Numbered from the stretch's first letter, positions 1 through 7,363 are shown. The stretch is DNA of 7,363 nucleotides from Selaginella moellendorffii (GCF_000143415.4 NW_003314675.1:1-7363); one strand, 5' to 3'. The notes: generated from the sequence alone by a model not told the origin. Numbers and translations are program-made.

Positions 1-3000
1 GCCACTCTGGTTGCTGGTGCTGTGAGCTGGTGTCTCACACTGTTTTTTTTGCCTCCAACGCCTATACAATAATCTTGGAATTCATCACTCTCCACACTAT
101 CAGGATTTAAACCCAATAGTAATGCCATCTCTTCTCTAATACGTCCACGCTCATGTTCAGTGGTCGAAGAACCCATCCGGTTGAGCAGATTATGGAGATG
201 CGGATAGTGCTTGGCTAGACAATATACATGCCATAAATGATGACTGGTGTCTGTCCGATCAAATGGCTTCTGATATACCGTTCCATCTGCCATTTGGTTG
301 ATTTCTGCAGCCACCTCCTGGACTGGCCGGTTCTCTATCACCATCGCTCCAAGCCATTTTGCAAGGTCCCCCAGAACATACGGTTTCTTCTCCCTAGTTT
401 CCATACTGCAAGAGATGGGGTGCACTGCATATGTGTGCGTGTTCGCTGCAGTTTTAATCGGCGAGTCATCGATGATGAGGATTTCACTTGAGCTAGCAGT
501 CCGGTTCATCACTACAGCCTCTGGCTTGACGAAGATGGGCTTGCTACCCCTCACATGGACCATAGTCAAGCAATCCTCCTGCGTTAGGAGAAAGTCAAAT
601 GGTAATATTACTCGCGTCTGATCGTGCATCATCTGTAGCAACGTTAATGCATTGTGGCGCATCATGGATGTCCAAACTCCCAATTGCAAATTGAACCCGG
701 CCCTCTGTTTTAAGTGTCGCATGGTCATTATTAGATCCCGCAGTTTCTCCCGTGTGATTAATGTGAATCTGTCTCTTTTGACCAACTTGCGACCGCAGGC
801 TTTGGAGGGTGCAATGACATTCGAGGACGAGCCACGCTCATGGGAGAAAAGGACACCGTTCAGATCAAAAACGATACAGTACCTTCGCCGTGACTCTGAA
901 ATGAAATGCGTCAGCATAAAAAATGGTACAAGTCAATTTTACCATCTACAATATTAGCGAATGTTGCTCCCGATGGTCGTTGAGAGGGTTTTGGTCGAGG
1001 AAACGTGAAGGGCGGAAATACTCTCCTCTGCAATGTGGGGTCAATCGCATCCGATGGCGTGTGGGCACATGCCATTTCAGCTGTAGACTCTGGTACAACT
1101 GGCTCAACAGTGGCATGGGGTGGTTCCGATGGCGTGTGATCACACGCCATTTCAGCTGGTGCCTCCGTTGGCAAAGTGGACATGACCGAACAAGCAGCAG
1201 GGGCGGTGTAGGGAGGTTCCAACGGCGCGTAGTCAGACGATTGGGCACACGTTGAGTCCATTGGAAATGAGGATACGACCGGCTCGGCGGCTGGGGCGGC
1301 CTCATGTGGGTCCAATGGCGCCTGGTCACCGTCAGTTGGATACGTGGACAAGATTGACTCAGTGGTATGGGCAGCATCAAGTGGAGCGTGGTCAGCTTGC
1401 TTGGCGTTGATATGGATAGTAGCCTCCACCAGCTCTGATGACTCTTGCAGCCAAGTAGAGTCCACTGGCGGATCCATATGCATGTCCAAATATCTCCCTT
1501 CGATTGAGATGGTATCCTCCCGTGCTACTAAAAACAAACTCATTAGCACATTGAATCGACTATACTGTATTTACCATCAACTGCTATTGAGGAACTAGGA
1601 CCGATATCACTTGAGCGCACTGCTGATTCTGAAGGATTGGACATACGTTTCGACCCTTGCTTGGCACTATCCTTCCTCGACACTAAAGGCTAGAGTTTGT
1701 AAATTCAACTGAATAATCTCTACTTACCATTTGCTCTGCGACCTACATGGACAATGTTAGAAATAGTAAAAGGTTAGGAATGGATGTATTATTATTTACC
1801 TGATGGTTTGTCTTGTATGACCTTCCTCCGCCGCTCTTTGGCCACCTCAGGCTGGCCATCGTCGTCATCATCGTCGTCGTCGTTATTGTGATCGTCACCA
1901 TTGTGAGGACCATCCAAGTCCTCTTCGTCCTCCTCTTCTTTGTCCTCCTCTTCTTTGTCCTCCTCTTCTTTGTCCTCCTCTTCGTCCTTCTGCTCTTCTT
2001 GCTCATTATCTTTCTCTGGCTCCTCATCCCCCTCCTGCATTTCTTCCATAGGCTGCTCAGGCTGGATGGCTTGTTCTTCCAGGACCATCTTGGGAAAATC
2101 ATCTGGCCGAGTCTCCATCTCAAAATACAAGACATCCATAGCTTGTTTTAGTGCGTGACCTAGGACCGTATCCTCACCCGACTGTCTTAACATGGTTTCT
2201 GCACGTTCTTGCACCCTTCGAAGACGACGAGATGAGAAAAACGTGGCCCTGCCTTGAAAAGCTTCCCTCATCCATTGTACCTCTCCATTGAGATTGGGGA
2301 AGGGGAGTCCGCCATAGGAATCTGAGTCATGAGGTGGTGACTGCCTGCTTTCACTCAGCCCTTGATCTGCAATGAATGGCATGAGCACACACACCATAAC
2401 CGCGAGGCATTACCTATCATCTTTTCGTTGCCCTTCTTCCTTTTCGAATCAAACGCCTCTGATCTCGACGACTGTCCAACGTGCTTTCGCTTTTTATGAC
2501 CACTGTCAGTTTGAGCTTGGCTGGTGCTTGCCTGTTTTGCCTTTGAAGAAGTTTCTCCTGCAAGGAATGGCATGAGACCACACGCCATTGCAAATATAAT
2601 TTGTACCTCCTTTTTTCCTATTGCTTTTCTGTTTGTCCTTCTTCGATGCGCCACCAGTGCGCTTTTCAGTCCTCGTGTCTAAATATTCACAACGATCTAT
2701 AATCAAAATGGCGTGAGGCCTCACGTGACCTTACCTTGTGCAGGTTGTGAGCTCGGCCCAACATGGGTATCTTCAAAAGTAGCTGTTAACGCCGTTTCAG
2801 CATCTGGGGGTGGCCACGCTCCTGCATACAGAGCTTGTGAGATAACATTTAAACTTAAAGTGTGTACTCACCAGGTTCGCAGAGAAGATACTGTTTTTCT
2901 TTGGCAACTGTAATTATATGCTCCATTGAAGTCATCTCTTCAATGGAGTTTGTCACCGCAACACAAGGGACACCCTTGAGTAGTGCGGCTCGAAAGAATA

Positions 3001-5670
3001 GTCCGCCGCAGTTGTACTCGACAACGCATTTGCCCTTGGAGTCGGAAGCAGATGACCCACCCGCTATTGCGTTGAAGACCCAGCTGAGCATTTCCCATGC
3101 TGCACCTGGAGCTTTCTTTGGATTCGAAAGCTCCATAGCCATCTTCAGTTCCTCAGGCACGGGTAAATTGACCTCCCTCAGATCAATTCGATTGGCCTTG
3201 TCGAACGAAGCTGGGAAGTCACTCCAGTCCCACTCTGCTGCAGGACCAATAACAAGGGCGAGTGTGAAGATGCGGACATTCGTCGGTATCTTCTTCTTAG
3301 CTATTATCCCATGGATCTCTTGCATCTCCTTGCCTTTCAACCGAGCCTTCACCTCGNNNNNNNNNNNNNNNNNNNNNNNNNNNNNNNNNNNNNNNNNNNN
3401 NNNNNNNNNNNNNNNNNNNNNNNNNNNNNNNNNNNNNNNNNNNNNNNNNNNNNNNNNNNNNNNNNNNNNNNNNNNNNNNNNNNNNNNNNNNNNNNNNNNN
3501 NNNNNNNNNNNNNNNNNNNNNNNNNNNNNNNNNNNNNNNNNNNNNNNNNNNNNNNNNNNNNNNNNNNNNNNNNNNNNNNNNNNNNNNNNNNNNNNNNNNN
3601 NNNNNNNNNNNNNNNNNNNNNNNNNNNNNNNNNNNNNNNNNNNNNNNNNNNNNNNNNNNNNNNNNNNNNNNNNNNNNNNNNNNNNNNNNNNNNNNNNNNN
3701 NNNNNNNNNNNNNNNNNNNNNNNNNNNNNNNNNNNNNNNNNNNNNNNNNNNNNNNNNNNNNNNNNNNNNNNNNNNNNNNNNNNNNNNNNNNNNNNNNNNN
3801 NNNNNNNNNNNNNNNNNNNNNNNNNNNNNNTGCTCGAAGATCCAATCCTTCAATAGCGCACGAGCTCTCAGAGTCGTGCACAAGTCCTCGTATGTCACAA
3901 TATGGCCGGGAGTCATTTTGGTCTTGTTGAAGACAACCTCACCACGTAGAAGAGCATTAGCCACTGTCAGAAGGTCGTCGTCGTCTAGAGACCGCGAGAA
4001 ACGCAAGGCGTTGAGCTTCAAATCATTGGGCTTCCGGCTGTCCTCCACACCCATTGAGTTTGGCAACTCCCCGTCATGGTACCTCCTCAGCACATCTACC
4101 CATTTGTCAAAAACAACTTTTGTCGCGAGTAGAATGTTATGGATGCTGAGTGTGTCATTGACCCCCAGTGTTTTCGAGAGAAGACTCGAGAATTCCTGCA
4201 ATGGAAATGGCGTGAGGCCACATGCTATGCCACATGCAACGAGGCTTACCTGCCAGGCGCTAGTTGCTAGTGCACGTCCTTGTCCTGGTTTTTGTGGCTT
4301 CTTCAGTTGAACCCAGAGCTTCCGTGTTCGTGCCAATGTCTCGTGCAGACCCGATTTGTAGCACGTTTCTTGCTTGACATTCTGCGCGTGGGAGATGTAT
4401 ATGATAGATCGGAGGGGCGAGTTGCCTTTTATCAGGCGGACAACTCTTGTCTTGAAGACTTTCTTCACCTCCTCGCCCACCATAATATCCACAACTATCT
4501 CTTGCATCGCCAAGCTAGAATGCTGCCCGGAGACGGCATAGAACCGGATGTTCTGATCGTCCAACACCTTCCTATTGATCAAGTCTGGAAACCTCGTCTC
4601 GCCCTTCATTGTTCGGTAGTAGGGGATCACGTCTGCGATGTCGGGTGTTACTGGACTTGCCAGCATCTTCTGCTTCAGTTTCTCCACCCACTCATCAGAT
4701 ACTAGCCTGTGGTTGTATTTGCTTTGGATGTCGATACGGCTCACGTCCATTGTATATACATTGTTGGAATAGTAACAAGTACTATTATCTGCGACGATTT
4801 TTGCTGCCTCTTCTTGCTCTTTCTGCTCTTTGCGGCTCTTCTTTTTGGTGGGTGTAGTGTTCGAACCCGAGGCAATGGCATCACTGAGTAGCTTCTTTTT
4901 TGGAGCAGGAGAGTCGGACGTCGGCTTGAGCTTGACCACCCTTTTCTGCTTTGAGGTAGTTTCCAGATCGACCCCCTTCCCCTTTGCTTCGCGAACTGGA
5001 GTCACTCTCAACGGCTCAATGTTGGAATATAGTTTTTGAACATCGCCGTAGGTGAGGTCTGTGGATTCCATGTGATCTTCATAGACCCGCAGCGTCTTTG
5101 AAATTGTGGGCCTCCTGGACAACCTCTCCCTAGCTCCCTCTAGGAATTCCTCATAGCCGCTGCCCCCCTCCGGGAAGCCGCTAGGATGTGCAAGGTGGAT
5201 CTTGAAGGCAGACGCTGTCTCTACCACAAGTGCCAGTCCATATTCTTGCATGGAACTGCATGGAGTGTCTGTCACTTGGATGAGGATCCCCATGCATTCT
5301 TTTCTCCCACCATCTGTGTTGTACAGCCTCAGATCCTCGCCTTCTATCCCGAAAGTCCAACTGGTGAGCTCCTCCCCCTTCTCTGCATCCACATTGATAG
5401 TGGCTGGAAGAAGAACGCAATTCCTCGCCTGTTCAGAAATGCACAACAATTAGAGCTGACAGATGAAAAGCTAGTAGCTGGAAATAACGTGAGGCCACAC
5501 GCCATTCACCACTGCATCAGATGTCTTGAGGCTGCATCCTAAGATGGCGTGAGGCTACACGCCATCTGTAACCGGACTGCACTCGAAAGCCCAATCGGTG
5601 CATGCCAATGTTGCTACTGAATGGCATGTGGCCTCATGCCATTTTCTACTTGGCCTAAAAGACTTACCAT
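1..5670 (-). CDS. Large multi-exon protein (>1,600 aa, 3'-partial): ParB-like + degenerate DNA-methyltransferase-like + low-complexity linkers + FCP1/NIF-type HAD phosphatase-like domain
   Basis: Hand-spliced model: complement(join(<1..895, 943..1527, 1575..1682, 1728..1742, 1800..2366, 2414..2557, 2607..2678, 2735..2821, 2872..4195 [N-gap 3357..3830], 4250..5428, 5668..5670)). All introns are GT-AG, intron phases match at every junction, and there are no in-frame stops in the sequenced parts. The start (ATG|gtaagt at 5668-5670 spliced to GCG AGG AAT, giving MARNCVLL...) is the least certain part. Continuity across the N-gap is assumed. Confidence 0.8.
300..880 (-). CDS. FCP1/SCP (NIF) family HAD phosphatase-like domain (exon 1..895, absent from the ORF track)
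   Basis: Manual translation: YCIVFDLNGVL (DLNGVL at 849-866) ... ITREKLRDLI ... LQLGVWTSM (666-680) ... FLLTQEDC ... KPIFVK ... ILIIDDSPIK (DDSP 459-470) ... AVHP. These are the ordered FCP1-homology motifs of the DLNG-type subfamily. The frame stays open to position 1. Confidence 0.85.
896..942 (-). other. Intron, 47 bp, phase 1
   Basis: gtaaaa...gctgAc...tttcag; branch A at -16. Confidence 0.85.
1045..1400 (-). repeat. Degenerate coding tandem repeat (~25-31 aa Pro/Ala/Ser/Thr-rich units)
   Basis: Units begin DHAPLD / DQAPLD / DYAPLE / DHTPSE / AHTPSD; the last two are preceded by AEMAC and are 75 bp apart. Confidence 0.75.
1528..1574 (-). other. Intron, 47 bp, phase 1 (NAGNAG acceptor tagTAG)
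   Basis: gtaaat...gctaAt...ttttag; branch A at -16. Confidence 0.8.
1683..1727 (-). other. Intron, 45 bp, phase 1
   Basis: gtaagt...ctttag; restores frame. Confidence 0.75.
1743..1799 (-). other. Intron, 57 bp, phase 1 (followed by 15-bp micro-exon 1728..1742)
   Basis: gtaaat...ctaAc...atgtag. Confidence 0.7.
1918..1987 (-). repeat. 15-bp coding tandem repeat encoding (EEEDK)n within a long acidic tract
   Basis: GTCCTCCTCTTCTTT x3 perfect at 1927-1971 plus flanking partial units; poly-Asp follows at ~1858-1882. Confidence 0.9.
2367..2413 (-). other. Intron, 47 bp, phase 1, contains a 22-bp palindrome copy
   Basis: gtaatg...ctcAtgccattcattgcag. Confidence 0.8.
2558..2606 (-). other. Intron, 49 bp, phase 1, contains a 22-bp palindrome copy
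   Basis: gtacaa...ctcAtgccattccttgcag. Confidence 0.8.
2679..2734 (-). other. Intron, 56 bp, phase 1, contains a palindrome copy
   Basis: gtaagg...atttag. Confidence 0.8.
2822..2871 (-). other. Intron, 50 bp, phase 1
   Basis: gtgagt...ctcAc...atgcag; splicing removes the stop that ends the 864-aa track ORF. Confidence 0.8.
2930..3290 (-). CDS. Degenerate beta-class N4C/N6A DNA methyltransferase-like C-terminal segment (within the large gene)
   Basis: NPKKAPGAAWEMLSWVFNAIAGG...KGKCVVEYNCGGLFFRAALLKGVPCVAVTNS aligns by eye with the beta-MTase motif X/I region (KP..L+..LI...S..GD.VLDPFxGSGTT..AA...GR..IG.E). Motif I is degenerate. No clear DPPY/SPPY is visible; it could lie in the N-gap, or FTLALVIGP could be its remnant. 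Confidence 0.45.
3357..3830. other. Assembly gap (474 N)
   Basis: Run of N inside the coding region. Confidence 1.
4196..4249 (-). other. Intron, 54 bp, phase 0, in-frame and stop-free, contains a palindrome copy
   Basis: CAG|gtaagc...ctcAcgccatttccattgcag|GAA. It is read through in the ORF track as VSLVACGIACGLTPFPLQ. Confidence 0.7.
4379..4756 (-). CDS. ParB/Sulfiredoxin-like N-terminal domain (within the large gene)
   Basis: Translation YTMDVSRIDIQSKYNHRLVSDEWVEKLKQKM...FYAVSGQHSSLAMQEI...RVVRLIKG...YISHAQN follows the ParBc pattern (I..I.....N.R......V..L...M ... Y.hh.GxH/RR..A ... EN). GQHS (4520-4531 incl. preceding S) sits where GxRR/GxHR is expected. Confidence 0.65.
5429..5667 (-). 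other. Putative first intron, 239 bp, with three palindrome copies
   Basis: ATG|gtaagt ... ctaat ... gaacag|GCG. Alternative acceptors exist at 5404-5406 and 5478-5480. Confidence 0.5.
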
Positions 5671-5872
5671 TTGAAGCCGAATGGAGGCGTGACAACCGGA
5701 CTCGCTGGCGAATGTGCACTGTGTGTGCAGCGGATTGTAGCAGCAAGGCTACTCTGCCACTTACAGTTGGAGAGTGGCGCTGAAATCTCCCGGGACGCCA
5801 AGTGGGCTGCGTGTGGGTGGCGGAGTGGGCGGCGGAGTTGGCGGCGAAGTTACAAACTGGGTGTGTCTTGAA

Positions 5873-6037
5873 GTGGACGCCGATGCACACGAGCGCGATG
5901 CGAGCGCGAGTGGACGCCGATGCACACGAGAAACCTGTAGAGAAGTGGGAGCGCGAGTGGGAGCGCGATGCGAGCGCGAGTGGGAGCGCGATGCGAGCGC
6001 GAGTGGGAGCGCGATGCGAGCGCGAGTGTGCGAGCGC
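5873..6037. repeat. CpG-rich minisatellite upstream of the gene
   Basis: GAGCGCGA core alternating as GAGCGCGAGTGG / GAGCGCGATGC (23-bp composite unit, ~3.5 copies at ~5949-6037), plus GTGGACGCCGATGCACACGAG x2. Confidence 0.9.
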
Positions 6038-6105
6038 AAGTACGAAGCAAAATGCAAAACCTAACCTCACACGCGCGAAATGTCACGACGGTTGGTAATC
6101 CCGCC

Positions 6106-6232
6106 ACGTCATCATTTCTCGGACTTGGGCGCCACCATTAATTTCTGGATCGGCGCGCGCATGCGTGAAATCCAAAAGAAATCCGCAACGTCATCATTCC
6201 TCGGACTGCATGCACGCGAAATCCAAAAGAAA
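6106..6232. repeat. Short direct repeats in the putative promoter region
   Basis: ACGTCATCATT(T/C)CTCGGACT at ~6106 and ~6188; GAAATCCAAAAGAAA at ~6167 and ~6218. Confidence 0.8.
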
Positions 6233-6370
6233 GATCATGATTGGGATATCATTTAATACCCTCGCTATATTTATACCATGCATGATTGGATATTCCAAAG
6301 CATCTTGTATTTCCAAAAATGCCAGATGTTCAGCTAAATAAATTGTCAGAGGATTTGATGTGACGTTCAA

Positions 6371-7363
6371 GCATGTGGGCTCATGCAATTTTGATCCCAA
6401 AAAATGCACCAAAAAATGCTCGGCGTCATCTGGCGTTATCTCTTGAATGGCGTGGGGCCGCATGCCATTTTCAGGAGCACATAGGAGTATATTCCTAGAA
6501 TATTCTGACACGCGCGAGATTGTTTTGAGTTTCCTGGAGATCCAACCGTTAGATCGCAACTAGATTTTACAGAATGGTATACAATGTCCTTCTTGATGAC
6601 CCTGCAAAGAAGCATCTCGATCGGACACCACATGAGACCACACGAGCCTTACAATGTTTCAGGGGCATTTGCCATAGATCCGACCGTTATTTTGCTCCAA
6701 GATTCTACAGTTTGGTGTGCATTGACCTTTCCATCGACACTACAAAGGGACATCACAATCAGATGCGGGATCACAAGAAACCAACTTCACTAACTCTGGT
6801 TTCACCAAGATCTACGTAAGGAGTTATGAAATGAAAGGACCCTCTCTATTGAAATGTGTTTATGGTCCTAAGGGCATTGTGACATATCCAAGGATTTTGC
6901 ATCAAGTTCTGTATTTGCATGTTTATCAAGCTACTGAATTGCTAAACCCTAAACCCTAAACCCTAAACCCTAAACATGTGGCAAATGCTGCGTGAAGAAA
7001 GATGCCCTTTCTGGGCAAATGCTGTAAGAGGCAGATGCCGAGCAGATGTATCTCAGGCTAGTGAAGGGGACAAACGAAAGCTAGCTATAAACATGACGGG
7101 ATGCAAATAGATTACTAGGCTGGTCCTGCGAAAATCAAAAACCATAATTGAAAACATTGAAAATGCAAAAAGAAAGGTTTATAATATTTTTGAATTTTAA
7201 GCAACCAAAGGAATGTAAGTAGGGCATGTGTTTGTAAGTTTAAAAATGCCTCAGCCATATAAATTCCCAAGTAAATAAAGCTGTTTCTATTTTTGGTACA
7301 GGTAAACTTTATAGCGTGTGGGCTCATGCAATTTTGAACCCAGAAATGCACCAAAAAATGCTC
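6371..7363 (+). repeat. ~50-bp direct repeat pair (6371-6421 and 7314-7363); the second copy runs to the window edge
   Basis: GCRTGTGGGCTCATGCAATTTTGAWCCCA(A)RAAATGCACCAAAAAATGCTC; both copies begin within a palindrome copy. Confidence 0.9.
6942..6975 (+). repeat. Interstitial plant-type telomeric repeat (CCCTAAA)4+
   Basis: CTAAA(CCCTAAA)4C; four perfect units at 6947-6974. Confidence 0.95.

Larger units (their letters stand above)
1054..7332. repeat. Dispersed 22-bp palindromic repeat family, consensus ATGGCRTGWG-NN-CWCAYGCCAT (~13 copies)
   Basis: Copies at 1054-1075, 1129-1150 (perfect palindrome ATGGCGTGTGATCACACGCCAT), 2376-2397, 2567-2588, 2708-2729, 4207-4228, 5484-5505, 5544-5565, 5621-5642, 6368-6389, 6447-6468, 6627-6648 (core only) and 7311-7332. 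Confidence 0.95.

Noticed and set aside
237-957. Plus-strand ORFs of 84-107 aa
   Set aside because: Antisense to the FCP1-like exon, which has clear family motifs.
1743-2158. Alternative-frame ORFs (RRTKK repeats, hydrophobic VLLFF 'membrane' ORF, poly-Ser)
   Set aside because: Other-frame readings of the 15-bp acidic repeat.
2862-4310. 482-aa plus-strand ORF and other ORFs spanning the gap
   Set aside because: Antisense shadow of the real exon, inflated by the N run; no recognisable motifs.
5461-5477. Possible 17-bp micro-exon between the acceptor at 5478 and the donor at 5460
   Set aside because: It needs either a 32-bp intron or a frame containing TAG; the direct 5668-to-5428 splice is simpler.
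5555-6107. Several overlapping ORFs (ASRSHSR / RARIAL repeats)
   Set aside because: By-products of a stop-poor GC-rich minisatellite.
6942-6975. True chromosome end
   Set aside because: Only ~4.7 units, with unique sequence on both sides.
1054-7332. Palindromes as a CRISPR array or bacterial REP elements
   Set aside because: Spacing is irregular (60 to ~1,500 bp), the context is eukaryotic with introns, and no cas or RAYT-like gene is visible.
6194-7354. Short ORFs in the upstream region
   Set aside because: No domain signatures or coherent splice model; likely non-coding.
1-7363. Assignment to a known transposon class (Helitron, CACTA, LTR)
   Set aside because: No transposase, Rep/helicase, RT, TIR or TSD can be identified in the window, so mobility remains a hypothesis.

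Overview
This is eukaryotic, most likely plant, genomic DNA: it has an Arabidopsis-type (CCCTAAA)n tract and very short 45-57 bp GT-AG introns, which suggests a compact genome such as a lycophyte (inference). One large spliced minus-strand gene fills about 1-5670 and runs off the left edge. The ORF track breaks it into pieces, but I could join 11 exons by hand in one frame (>1,600 aa, including a 474-N gap). Domain order is: ParB/Srx-like domain, helical region, gap, degenerate beta-class N4/N6 DNA-methyltransferase-like segment, basic/acidic and Pro/Ala repeat linkers, and an FCP1/NIF-type HAD phosphatase-like domain that the ORF track misses. About 13 copies of a fixed-length 22-bp palindrome (consensus ATGGCRTGWG-NN-CWCAYGCCAT) are dispersed through introns, one exon and the upstream region. 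A ParB-like gene together with many palindromic sites suggests a ParB/parS-like, possibly mobile, system in a plant genome. In three introns the palindrome also appears to supply the splicing branch point. The upstream region (5670-7363) holds a CpG-rich minisatellite, short direct repeats, an interstitial telomere tract and a ~50-bp duplication. All domain calls are from motif recognition by eye; no database search was run.
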